From positions 1,953 through 65,952 of the forward strand of contig JBEKOB010000009.1 of NCBI GenBank assembly GCA_049522195.1: a DNA stretch of 64,000 nucleotides, written 5' to 3'. The stretch is from Bacteroidota bacterium. Its GTDB lineage: Bacteria; Bacteroidota; Ignavibacteria; UBA10030. Each line of letters begins with the position of its first letter. The first letter of the stretch is position 1. The notes under the pieces were generated by a model, which did no database searches, was not told where the DNA came from, and saw only the letters and a list, made by a program, of their open reading frames with translations. Both the position numbers and the translations under genes were made by a program. Shown piece after piece: positions 27,318 through 36,434 of the stretch.

Positions 27318-29746
27318 CACAAACTCCTCAGAATAATTTCCAGTTCTGCGTCCGTCTCCACAAGAACCTCGCGCGCCTTACTGCCGTCAAACGGCCCGAC
27401 AATCCCGGCCGCCTCCAATTCGTCGATCAGTCGGGCAGCCCGCGAGTAGCCAACCTTGAGTCTTCGCTGCAGCAACGAGACAGATCCTTGCTGATGCCGC
27501 ACAATGATCTTTGCTGCTTCCTCAAACAATTCGTCGGTCGAGCCTCCTGCTGCTGCACTGCCCCTCTTCTTCTTCTCAAACACGGACGGGAGCACCGTGG
27601 GATGGCTGTACCCCTTTTGTTTGGAAATATGCTGAACAACCCTCTCCACCTCATCAGCGGAGATGAATGCATTTTGAACTCGAATCGGTTTCGGGCTCCC
27701 TGCTGCAAGATATAACATGTCGCCATTTCCAAGAAGCTGATCAGCCCCATTCATGTCCAGGATGGTGCGGGAATCGATTTTCGATGCCACCTGGTACGCG
27801 ATGCGTGCCGAGAAATTTGCCTTGATGACTCCGGTGATGACGTCCACTGACGGCCTCTGCGTGGCCAAAACGAGATGGATGCCAACAGCGCGTGCAAGCT
27901 GCGCAAGGCGCGCAATCGGCTCTTCGACTTCTTTCGCCGCAGTAATCATCAGGTCGGCAAGCTCATCGACCACAATCACAAGGTACGGGAGTTTCCTGTG
28001 CTTGATGGTTTCTGTATCGTGCAACCGGCCGGCTTTCAAACGCTCGTTGTAGTCCGAAATATTGCGCACCCCCGCCGACGCCAGACGGTCGTACCGTTTT
28101 TCCATCTCGAGCTCGACGCTCTTGAGCACAAGCACCGCGTTGTTCGGAGTTGTGATAATCTCCTCGTCGATATCGGGAGAGACCGCGAGAAAATGCTTGT
28201 TGAGCTTTCCGTATTGTGAGAGCTCGATCTTCTTCGGATCGATAATGATGAACTTTACGTCACTCGGATGGAGCCTGTAAATAAGACTTGTGAGAATCGT
28301 ATTGATGCCGACGCTCTTGCCGGAACCGGTTGCCCCGGCGATGAGGAGGTGGGGCATTTTCGCCAGATCGTCGACACAGACTTCACCTGTGATTGTCTTC
28401 CCGATCCCGAGCGGAAGCGCTCCTTTGAAATCGCGAAACTTGGAAGAATTGATAATCCCGCGCAGGGTCACTAACGCAGGATTGTGATTCGGGATCTCGA
28501 CACCGACCGTCCCCTTCCCCGGAATCGGAGCGATGATGCGGATGCCGCGGGCTTTGAGGGCGAGCGCAATATCATCCTGGAGCGATTCAATACGGCTGAT
28601 CTTGACTCCGGTTGCCGGTACGAGTTCATACAACGTAACGACAGGACCGGGAGTCACAGAGACGCTCTCGATCTCAACTCCAAAATCCGCAAGCTTCGAC
28701 CTGAGGAGCTCTGCGTTTGCCTTCAGTTCCTCTTCGTTCACCTCTTCAGAAGCTCGTGCGATATCGAGCAGCTCAACAGAAGGGAATACGTAATCAATCT
28801 CTTCTTCTTCCGGTTCTTCCGAAGGCTGCCGTTCGTCGAAGTTTACTTCTTCTTCCTGAAGCGGAGCGTTGATATCCAACGGTAGATCACCTTCGGGTTC
28901 CAGCGGTTCCGATTCTTCCTCAGCTTCTTCGTGGAGAACCGGAGGTTCAATGTCCGGTCGTGTTTCCTTTACGGGGGGTTTTCGCGTAATCGGAGGTGGC
29001 GGCACGTGTTCCTGAGGATCCCGCTTGATTTCGACAGCTCGTCGTGGAGACGGGGGTTCTTCTTCCTTTTTCACTTCGATCTTCGATTCAGCCCGCTTCC
29101 TGCGGATCCAGGCCATCAGACTCGCGAGCCATTCCTGGAGTCGCTCGTAGGTTTGCTGGATATCGAGATCGACCAGAAGAGTCAGGACCACGGCGAGGAG
29201 ACCAAAGAGAAGTAGGAAACTTCCCACCAGTCCGATCAACTTGTAGAGTGTATTCGCGGCGAAATCACCAACCGTCCCGCTCCACTCCATCGAAAGGATC
29301 GGAACGTCACCGATGAGTCGCACCGAACCCATGAGGGCCGAGAACAGGAGGGCGATGGCGACGACATAGTTTGTCGCCAGGATAAGTTTGTGCAGTTCCT
29401 TCTTTCGCAGGAGATACCACGACCACGCCAACCCTAGGAACGGAAGCACGATGATGCCGTACCCAATCGTCGAGTTGATGAACCAATTCGAGAGAACCGC
29501 TCCCAGCAGACCAAGGAGGTTCTGCGTCCTGTCAGCCTTCGCCTGGAGCCCCTCGTCCGGCGTCAGTACCTTCCAGAGGTCCACAATCCGCACCTGCCCG
29601 TTTGCCTGGTCGGCGGGAGTGTACGACACCAGGCTCAGGAGAAGCATGAAGGAAAAGAGAATCCCGAGGAACGACCAGATCTGTCGTCTTCGGTCGGGGT
29701 TCTTTCTCTTCTGTACTTCCTTGGGTTGGTTCTGCGGTTCGGCCAT
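27317..29746 (-). CDS. ftsK: DNA translocase FtsK
   Basis: N-terminal TMs, MPHLLIAGATGSGKS, VDELADLM, ATQRPSVDV, gamma domain SLLQRRLKVGYSRAAR. Confidence 0.97.
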   Translation of the reverse strand: MAEPQNQPKEVQKRKNPDRRRQIWSFLGILFSFMLLLSLVSYTPADQANGQVRIVDLWKVLTPDEGLQAKADRTQNLLGLLGAVLSNWFINSTIGYGIIVLPFLGLAWSWYLLRKKELHKLILATNYVVAIALLFSALMGSVRLIGDVPILSMEWSGTVGDFAANTLYKLIGLVGSFLLLFGLLAVVLTLLVDLDIQQTYERLQEWLASLMAWIRRKRAESKIEVKKEEEPPSPRRAVEIKRDPQEHVPPPPITRKPPVKETRPDIEPPVLHEEAEEESEPLEPEGDLPLDINAPLQEEEVNFDERQPSEEPEEEEIDYVFPSVELLDIARASEEVNEEELKANAELLRSKLADFGVEIESVSVTPGPVVTLYELVPATGVKISRIESLQDDIALALKARGIRIIAPIPGKGTVGVEIPNHNPALVTLRGIINSSKFRDFKGALPLGIGKTITGEVCVDDLAKMPHLLIAGATGSGKSVGINTILTSLIYRLHPSDVKFIIIDPKKIELSQYGKLNKHFLAVSPDIDEEIITTPNNAVLVLKSVELEMEKRYDRLASAGVRNISDYNERLKAGRLHDTETIKHRKLPYLVIVVDELADLMITAAKEVEEPIARLAQLARAVGIHLVLATQRPSVDVITGVIKANFSARIAYQVASKIDSRTILDMNGADQLLGNGDMLYLAAGSPKPIRVQNAFISADEVERVVQHISKQKGYSHPTVLPSVFEKKKRGSAAAGGSTDELFEEAAKIIVRHQQGSVSLLQRRLKVGYSRAARLIDELEAAGIVGPFDGSKAREVLVETDAELEIILRSL

Positions 29747-29762
29747 GGGAGTCTGTTGCCGT

Positions 29763-30551
29763 TTACGCGGTCGGTTTTGGATTCGCCGTGCTCTCTCCTT
29801 CGGCGTGGCGCGTTTCATCGCGCTTGAGTTTGATCACGTTGCCGCTGAGAACGGGAAGAATGGCATACGAGTCAACGGCTGCAGCGATCTTGATGTCTTC
29901 CTCGAATCCGATCTCGATGAGATACCGGCCATGCTCCGTGTTTTTCATCATCTTGAGAAGTGAACGGCCATACGTCTTGTAGAGCGATTGGCAAGCCAGT
30001 GCGGAGTCCGTCATATCCAGCGGGAGCGTTTTGTCGGCCGCAAGGGTGTGAACGATCATCCCGGCACAGACTGAATCTTCCAGACTGAAATTGCTCAACG
30101 CGTTCGCGCGCCCTGCGCAGATCAGGAGAAAATCCTGCTTTACTTCTTTGATGAACTCGAGAACCTTGGAGATATTGACGAATGACCCGATAGCCAGGTT
30201 CTGGGCGAACCTGCTCTTGTACATTGCCACCGATCCATTCGTCGTACAAAAGATGATGGACTTCCCTTTCACTGTTGCTTCGGTATATTCCAGGGGAGAG
30301 TTTCCGAGGTTAAAGCCCTGAATGGTTTTTCCGTTCCGTTCGCCGCCGCGCAACGTCACATCCCCAAAAAGGCTCCCGGAAATCTTGACAGCATTCTCGA
30401 TGCTCTCCACCGGGATAATTTCCCGTGCGCCGTTGTTCAACGCCACCGCAATCGTGGTACTTGAACGCAGCACATCAATCACCACGATGTTCTTACCCCG
30501 AAGCTCCAGTTCATCGAGTTTAAATGGATCAAATCGGACGTCTATTCTCAT
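29763..30551 (-). CDS. comB: 2-phosphosulfolactate phosphatase family protein
   Basis: VIDVLRSSTT, GGERNG, GNSPLE, TTNGS, LEDSVCAG. Confidence 0.9.
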   Translation of the reverse strand: MRIDVRFDPFKLDELELRGKNIVVIDVLRSSTTIAVALNNGAREIIPVESIENAVKISGSLFGDVTLRGGERNGKTIQGFNLGNSPLEYTEATVKGKSIIFCTTNGSVAMYKSRFAQNLAIGSFVNISKVLEFIKEVKQDFLLICAGRANALSNFSLEDSVCAGMIVHTLAADKTLPLDMTDSALACQSLYKTYGRSLLKMMKNTEHGRYLIEIGFEEDIKIAAAVDSYAILPVLSGNVIKLKRDETRHAEGESTANPKPTA

Positions 30552-30572
30552 GCGATAGCAACCTGTCTGAAA

Positions 30573-31655
30573 TTACTTTTGAACAAACGGTAAATTCACA
30601 ATTGATGCTCCAACTTCCTTGCCGCGTATGCTAACCTGAATGGAATTCCCAACCTCATCGGACCCTACAGCTACATAGCCAAGACCGATCGCGCGTTCCA
30701 GTGAGGGAGAAAACGTCCCGCTTGTGACGTGTCCGATCTCGACCCCCTTCGAAACAAGCGGATACCCATGCCGGGCAACGGCTTTCTCGGAGAGATTGAA
30801 CCCGACGAGCCTGCGTTTCAGTCCTTGTTGTTTCACTTTTGCGATCGCCGGCTTCCCGATAAAATCTCCCTTGTTGATCTTCGTGATCCAACCCAGGCCG
30901 GCCTCCAGGGGATTCGTTGTCTGGTCAATGTCATTACCGTACAGACAATATCCCATTTCCAACCGCAGCGTATCACGCGCGCCAAGGCCGATCGGTTTGA
31001 TCCCGAATTCTTTCCCTGCCGCGAACACAGCATCCCAGACTTTCTTTCCGAGAGCCGCATCAGAATCAAAGTAGAGCTCAAACCCGAGCTCACCAGTATA
31101 GCCTGTCCGGGAGATGATCATATCGACACCGGCCAGCGTACCGCGGACGAAATGGTAGTACTCGATCGGTAAAAGATTGACGCTCGTCAGCTTCTGAAGT
31201 GTCTTGAGGGACTGCGGCCCCTGGACGGCCAGGAGAGAATATGACGGGCTCCGATCCAGCAGCTCGACATCGCCGCTGAGATGCGACTTCAGCCAGTCGA
31301 AATCCTTCTGACTATTGGATGCGTTCACGACGAGCATATAATGATCACCACAGTGATAGACAAGGAGATCATCGACAATTCCGCCATTGTCGTAACAGAG
31401 AGCCGAATACTGAACACGTCCCTCGAAAAGCTTCGAGACATCGTTGATCGTCATCCGTTGCAGGAACGCGGCTGCGTCTTTGCCACGAACGATGAACTCG
31501 CCCATATGTGTGACGTCAAAAACTCCAACATTGTTCCGTACTGCGAGATGTTCATCGATGATGCCGCTATACTGCACGGGCATCTCGAATCCGGCAAAGT
31601 CGACCAATTTCGCGCCGAGCGACCGGTGGATTTCCGTGAATGCAGTCTTTTTCAT
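30573..31655 (-). CDS. gcvT: Glycine cleavage system aminomethyltransferase T
   Basis: FAGFEMPVQY, FDVTHMGE, SRTGYTGELGFE, GLGARDTLRLEMG. Confidence 0.97.
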   Translation of the reverse strand: MKKTAFTEIHRSLGAKLVDFAGFEMPVQYSGIIDEHLAVRNNVGVFDVTHMGEFIVRGKDAAAFLQRMTINDVSKLFEGRVQYSALCYDNGGIVDDLLVYHCGDHYMLVVNASNSQKDFDWLKSHLSGDVELLDRSPSYSLLAVQGPQSLKTLQKLTSVNLLPIEYYHFVRGTLAGVDMIISRTGYTGELGFELYFDSDAALGKKVWDAVFAAGKEFGIKPIGLGARDTLRLEMGYCLYGNDIDQTTNPLEAGLGWITKINKGDFIGKPAIAKVKQQGLKRRLVGFNLSEKAVARHGYPLVSKGVEIGHVTSGTFSPSLERAIGLGYVAVGSDEVGNSIQVSIRGKEVGASIVNLPFVQK

Positions 31656-31657
31656 GG

Positions 31658-32305
31658 CTATTTCTTTTGGCTTTTGTTCCAATCCTCCAAAAACTTCTGG
31701 AGTCCAGAGTCCGTGAGCGGATGTTTGATGAGTTGTTCAATGATTTTGAACGGGATCGTGCAGATATCTGCTCCGATCATTGCCGCTTCGACAACATGAA
31801 GCGGGTGGCGTATACTCGCAACGAGCACCTGCGTTTCAAAGTGATAGTTGCGATAGATGGTCACAATCTGGCGAATGAGGCCCATGCCGTCATGGCTGAT
31901 GTCATCAAGTCGGCCGATGAACGGGCTGATGAAATATGCCCCGGCTTTGGCCGCTACGAGCGCCTGCGTGGGAGAGAAGCAGAGTGTCACGTTCGTCCGG
32001 ATACCTTCGGCCTTCAGGGCCTTGACCGCCTTGATGCCTTCCTTGATCAGGGGAACCTTCACGACGATGTTCTTGTGGATTTTCGAGAGGTCACGCCCCT
32101 CCTTCATGATTCCATCGAAATCGGTCGAGACCACCTCTGCACTGATCGGCCCATCAACGATACTGCAGATCTCCTCCAGCAACTTCCGGAAATCCTTCCC
32201 TTCTTTTGCAACAAGGCTCGGATTGGTGGTGACACCATCCAGCACTCCCATACTCGCTGCTTCCTTGATCTCGGCTATGTTTGCGGTGTCAATGAAGAAC
32301 TTCAT
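31658..32305 (-). CDS. tal: Transaldolase (short TalC/FSA family)
   Basis: [13 protein letters not shown]; Glu in SAEV and Phe in SPFIGR favour transaldolase over FSA. Confidence 0.9.
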   Translation of the reverse strand: MKFFIDTANIAEIKEAASMGVLDGVTTNPSLVAKEGKDFRKLLEEICSIVDGPISAEVVSTDFDGIMKEGRDLSKIHKNIVVKVPLIKEGIKAVKALKAEGIRTNVTLCFSPTQALVAAKAGAYFISPFIGRLDDISHDGMGLIRQIVTIYRNYHFETQVLVASIRHPLHVVEAAMIGADICTIPFKIIEQLIKHPLTDSGLQKFLEDWNKSQKK

Positions 32306-32342
32306 GAGCGATCCCCTTGAATAGTCTCGGTACCTCGATGAT

Positions 32343-32520
32343 AAATTCGAAATCCTAATATCGAAATACGAAAGAAATCCGAAATCCTAAACCCGAAATG
32401 CTAAACGTTCTTAGCAGAGGAGATTTTTAGCTTTGAACTTCGTGCTGAGAATTTGTTTAGTGTTTTGGATTTCGTGCTTCGAATTTGTTTAGGATTTAGG
32501 GTTTCGAATTTCGTGCTTGG
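32343..32520. repeat. Long inverted pair of heptamer tracts (AAATCCG type) without cargo
   Basis: AAATTCG AAATCCT AATATCG AAATACG...AAATCCG AAATCCT AAACCCG AAATGCT, then TGGATTT CGTGCTT CGAATTT...AGGATTT AGGGTTT CGAATTT CGTGCTT. Confidence 0.85.
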
Positions 32521-32523
32521 TTG

Positions 32524-34173
32524 TCAGATCTTGTATTGCTCGGTAATGTCCTTGTTCTGTTTCACGGAAATGAACCGGAAATCGTCCATCGCAAGAGCCT
32601 GGTCTGGAACAACCTTTACCTTGACGAAGAACTTGAACATGATTTTCGTCAGCCGACTGATGGTCCCCTGCGTGAGATAGCCTGCCGTATTGGGATTGAC
32701 GTGAAGCTGGAGGCGGAACTCGCGCGACTCCGATTTAAACCGGCGGATCCAGCGCTCGATCTGGTTCAGCGTCGTCGTCTTCGATTGCACGAGACCTGTC
32801 CCGCCACAGGTGGGGCATGCATCACTGAGACTCATTTGAACGTTCTGGCGAATTCGCTGCCGGGTTATCTGCATCAGACCGAATTCCGTCATAGGAAGCA
32901 CGGTAGCCTTGGCGCGATCGCGCTTGAGCTCCTTCTTCACTTCATCATACACTTTCTTCCTGTTCTTCTCATCGTCGAGGTCGATGAAATCGATGACGAT
33001 AATTCCGCCGATGTCCCGAAGGCGGAGTTGGCGCGTCATCTCGCGTGCTGCCTCGAGATCGGTCCTTAGCGAATTCAGCTCCTGCTCCCTCTTTGCCGCG
33101 TACCTGCCGCTGTTGACGTCAATGACTGTCATCGCTTCCGTCTTCTCGATGAAGATGTATCCGCCGCTCTTGAGCCATACCTTCTTGCTCATCAGGGTCT
33201 GGATATCCTTCTCCACGCCGTACTTGTCGAAGATCGGTTCTTTCCCCTTGTAGTATTCCAGCCGGTCAAGCATATCAGGAGACATCCACTGGACGTACGC
33301 CTTGATCTCCTTGAACAGCTTCTTGTCATCCACGCCCACTCGTTCGACCCGGTCACCGAACAGATCGCGGATCACGCTCGATGTCGTGGTCATATCTTTG
33401 TAGACCAATGCGGGAGGGTTTTCGGTCTTGACCGCCTTTTCGATGTTCGACCAAACCCTGAGCAATTCCTCGAGGTCTTGTTTGATCAGGTTATCTTCCT
33501 TCCCTTCAGCAACGGTCCTGATAATTGCTCCAAATCCCGACGGAAGAATCGGGCGTACGACTCTCCGCAGCCGCCTCTTTTCTTTGAAGTCCGAGAGTTT
33601 CTTCGAAACTCCGACTTTTCCGTCAAACGGAAGAAGGACAAGAAACCGACCCGGGAGAGAGATTTCGGAAGTCACCCTGACCCCCTTCTTGCCGACGGGC
33701 TCCTTTGTGATCTGCACAAGGATGTCCTGCCCCTTCTGAAGGTTCACCTCCCGGTCGGGACGATGATGTCGCTGCCCGTCGCCGTTCGTGTGTCCGCCTC
33801 TCCGCGTATCAGCAGGCGGAGCGGCGGGTGCAGGCGCATCGGGCGAAGGAGAAACACCGGTTGCCGCGGCGGTCGCAGGGTTCGCCGATGGCTCGTGTTC
33901 ATCGTCATCGTCGTCGTCTTCGAACAGGGCGTTGTATTCGGAAAGTGAGGAGCCGATGTCGGAAAAATGAAGGAAAGCGTCTTGCTGAAGGCCGATATCG
34001 ATGAACGCCGCGCGGATGCCGGGCATCACCTTGGCAACCTTGCCAAGATAAATGTCCCCCACCATGCGTTCCTTACCGGGGGTTTCTACGAAAAGCTCAG
34101 CGAGTTTTCCGTCTTCAAGAATGGCAATACGATGTTCGTTCGCCGTGGAATTGATAACAATTTCTTTTTTCAT
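32524..34173 (-). CDS. Ribonuclease E/G family protein
   Basis: AAFIDIG, KSGGYIFIE, TEAMTVIDVNSG, QLRLRDIGGIIVIDFID, CPTCGGTG; low-complexity insert in the S1 domain. Confidence 0.95.
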   Translation of the reverse strand: MKKEIVINSTANEHRIAILEDGKLAELFVETPGKERMVGDIYLGKVAKVMPGIRAAFIDIGLQQDAFLHFSDIGSSLSEYNALFEDDDDDDEHEPSANPATAAATGVSPSPDAPAPAAPPADTRRGGHTNGDGQRHHRPDREVNLQKGQDILVQITKEPVGKKGVRVTSEISLPGRFLVLLPFDGKVGVSKKLSDFKEKRRLRRVVRPILPSGFGAIIRTVAEGKEDNLIKQDLEELLRVWSNIEKAVKTENPPALVYKDMTTTSSVIRDLFGDRVERVGVDDKKLFKEIKAYVQWMSPDMLDRLEYYKGKEPIFDKYGVEKDIQTLMSKKVWLKSGGYIFIEKTEAMTVIDVNSGRYAAKREQELNSLRTDLEAAREMTRQLRLRDIGGIIVIDFIDLDDEKNRKKVYDEVKKELKRDRAKATVLPMTEFGLMQITRQRIRQNVQMSLSDACPTCGGTGLVQSKTTTLNQIERWIRRFKSESREFRLQLHVNPNTAGYLTQGTISRLTKIMFKFFVKVKVVPDQALAMDDFRFISVKQNKDITEQYKI

Positions 34174-34427
34174 GCTGGAATCCAATCCACCTCAGACTCC
34201 ACTCTATGGGAATGAGACACAGCGCAGCGGGCGAAGATGGACGAACCCCCATTTGGCGCGGCGAACGACCGCAGGGAGAAATTCGTGGCAAGAACCGTCC
34301 AGATCGACTTTTGCGTTGGGTCAACCAGATCACTTCGTTCTGAAAGCTTCGGGAAGCGATCGGGATGATAACCCCGGTCCGCCGGAGGGCGTGACGGGGC
34401 GCAGTCCGCACAAGTGTAAGACTGGTG

Positions 34428-34463
34428 GTGAGAAGTGAGAAAAAGAGAAATGAGATGAGGAGT
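34428..34463. repeat. One-sided GTGAGAA-type heptamer tract
   Basis: GTGAGAA GTGAGAA AAAGAGAA ATGAGAT GAGGAG. Confidence 0.55.
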
Positions 34464-34574
34464 ACCATGAGTTAAGTGCCTGGTTTTTATTCACCCACGC
34501 ACAGCAGTGAAGAGCCAACGAGGCGGGCTTTACGGGCTGAAGCAGCCAGATCCCCTGACTGCAACAAATAAAAA

Positions 34575-34676
34575 GAGGTCAAGCGACCCTGTGTCACACA
34601 AAACCTTTTGCCGACCGTTGCTTCCTTCCGGACCTGGCGGGGTTGAGCAACGTCTTGTTGCACAGGACTTGACCTC
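34575..34676 (-). ncRNA. ffs: Signal recognition particle RNA (small, 4.5S type)
   Basis: Minus strand GAGGTCAAG...CCCCGCCAGGTCCGGAAGGAAGCAACGG...CTTGACCTC: conserved domain IV, closing stem, then a T tract. Confidence 0.93.
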
Positions 34677-34720
34677 AATGCTGAAAGAAAACCCAAAGAA
34701 ACTCTCCGAGATGACTGAAA

Positions 34721-34815
34721 AACTGGTTAATTAGTGATTGGTTAATTGGTTAGTTCCCATAGATGGGATTTCTCTCCATCTACCAATTAACGAATTAACT
34801 ATTCACCAATAAACT
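34721..34815. repeat. Inverted 7/8-bp tracts between tRNA-Ala and ffs
   Basis: AACTGGTT AATTAGTG ATTGGTT AATTGGTT, then TACCAATT AACGAATT AACTATT CACCAAT. Confidence 0.7.
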
Positions 34816-34821
34816 ACATCG

Positions 34822-34895
34822 TGGAGCTGATCGGGCTCGAACCGACGACCTCTTCGTTGCGAACGAAGCGCTCTCCCAAGCTGAGCTACAGCCCC
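34822..34895 (-). tRNA. tRNA-Ala (anticodon CGC), CCA not encoded
   Basis: GGGGCTGTAGCTCAGCTTGGGAGAGCGCTTCGTTCGCAACGAAGAGGTCGTCGGTTCGAGCCCGATCAGCTCCA; G3:U70 pair. Confidence 0.97.
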
Positions 34896-34900
34896 GGAAT

Positions 34901-34948
34901 AATTGACAATTGTAAATGGCCAATTGCCAATTGTCAACGGGTAATGAA
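34901..34948. repeat. Heptamer tract (AATTGNC) in the tRNA leader
   Basis: AATTGAC AATTGTA AATGGCC AATTGCC AATTGTC AACGGGT AATGAAA. Confidence 0.7.
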
Positions 34949-34977
34949 AATGTAAGGAGAAACTGAGAAAAAAACAA
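34949..34977 (-). promoter_or_regulatory. Candidate sigma70 promoter of tRNA-Ala-ffs
   Basis: TTGTTT-N17-TACATT. Confidence 0.4.
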
Positions 34978-34990
34978 CGTGATTATCGGA

Positions 34991-35368
34991 CTAGCCGACG
35001 CGTCGAAACAGGCTTTCGATGCGGGCTTCCAGTTCCGCCGGGCGAAACGGTTTCACCACGTATTCATGCGCTCCGAGTTTGGAACATCGTATCCGGTCAG
35101 CGCTGCTGTCCTTGGATGAGACGACTATCACCGGAACGTGTGCAAGTGACCGATCCTCGCGCATCCGGCGAATTACTTCGAATCCATCGATTCCTGGCAT
35201 CGAAAGGTCGAGAATCATGCAATCCGGGAGCCTATTCTCCTGAAGCCACTCGAGCGCCTGCTCGCCGTTTTCGAGGCAGACCACATTGAATCGGTCCCCC
35301 AACAGGCTTTCAAGTATCATGCGGATTGCCATTTCGTCATCAACGACAAGGATGGTTTTGTCCGTGAT
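34991..35368 (-). CDS. Single-domain response regulator (receiver) with a non-canonical or mutated start
   Basis: ITDKTILVVDDE-MAIRM..., ILDLSMPGIDG, VSS, YVVKPF; no ATG/GTG/TTG lies between the upstream in-frame TGA and the DDE motif. Confidence 0.8.
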   Translation of the reverse strand: MTDKTILVVDDEMAIRMILESLLGDRFNVVCLENGEQALEWLQENRLPDCMILDLSMPGIDGFEVIRRMREDRSLAHVPVIVVSSKDSSADRIRCSKLGAHEYVVKPFRPAELEARIESLFRRVG

Positions 35369-35639
35369 GAGACCTCAATGCGCCTTTCCATGGGATTCCA
35401 ATGGAGGGACGTGCTCTGTCACATCCGAACATGTGCCAAAGTGGTCACGACAGAGCGTGACCCTCCAGTGTGGAGAGATCTGCTCTGCAAGGTCTGCTTC
35501 TCTCGTCCACAATTCCAATCTACACGATTTACCGAGTGGATTCAACTGCCAAGTTTGCTGTGCAGCTTGCACATTCCTAGAGTCAGATTGATTCTCCTCC
35601 CCATTTTTCTTATGATTTAAGCCCAAGAAGGAGGACCGC

Positions 35640-36434
35640 TTGAAGAAGAAGCCAACAATCGAATCACTCTTCGCCGATTATGTCCAGGTCGTTCGCAAGC
35701 TGCGGAAAGAATGTCCGTGGGATCGCGAGCAGACGCACCAATCCATCCGCCACAGCCTCATCGAGGAAGCGTACGAGGTGGTCGAAGCTATCGATCATAA
35801 GGATCTCAATGACCTGAAGCTCGAGCTCGGAGATCTACTCCTCCACGTGGTTCTCCATTCGATTATCGCAGAGGAAGAGAAGGCATTCACAATCGAGAGC
35901 GTCGTTTCCGAATCAAGCGCCAAGCTGATCCGGCGACATCCGCATGTTTTTGGCGATACGAAGGTTCGCTCTGCGGACGATGTGAAGAACAATTGGGAAA
36001 AGATCAAGCTTTCGGAAGGTCGTAAATCGCTCATGGACGGAGTCCCGAAGAAAATGCCGTCTCTGTTGCGCGCACACCGACTGCAGGAGAAGGCTTCGAA
36101 AGTCGGCTTCGACTGGAAGCGAAAAGAAGATGTGTGGGGAAAAGTCGTGGAGGAGATTGACGAGTTGCACGGCGCTGAAAAGAAGCGCTCCCATGACCGA
36201 TTGGAAGAAGAATTCGGCGATCTCCTGTTTGCACTGGTCAACTACGCGCGATTCCTGAAAGTGAATCCCGAAAGCGCCCTTAGCAAGTCTACCAAGAAGT
36301 TCACCAGGCGGTTTCAGCGCATTGAGGATGAAATCCGCAAACGTGGGAAGAAGCTGGAGCATTCCACGCTGGAAGAAATGGATGCAATCTGGAATGAAGG
36401 GAAGAAACAAGAGAAGAAGACTCAGTTACGATGA
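35640..36434 (+). CDS. mazG: Nucleoside triphosphate pyrophosphohydrolase MazG
   Basis: CPWDREQT, EEAYEV, ELGDLL, RRHPHVF, EEFGDLLF; TTG start after AAGGAGG. Confidence 0.96.
   Translation: MKKKPTIESLFADYVQVVRKLRKECPWDREQTHQSIRHSLIEEAYEVVEAIDHKDLNDLKLELGDLLLHVVLHSIIAEEEKAFTIESVVSESSAKLIRRHPHVFGDTKVRSADDVKNNWEKIKLSEGRKSLMDGVPKKMPSLLRAHRLQEKASKVGFDWKRKEDVWGKVVEEIDELHGAEKKRSHDRLEEEFGDLLFALVNYARFLKVNPESALSKSTKKFTRRFQRIEDEIRKRGKKLEHSTLEEMDAIWNEGKKQEKKTQLR

Noticed and set aside
29763-30551. Coenzyme M biosynthesis from comB
   Set aside because: Orphan comB homologs are common, and comA/C/D/E are not present here.
32343-32520. CRISPR array interpretation of the repeat tracts
   Set aside because: Units are 7-8 bp and degenerate, with no unique spacers and no cas genes.
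34822-35600. Genomic island integrated at tRNA-Ala
   Set aside because: No integrase and no duplicated tRNA 3' end was seen.
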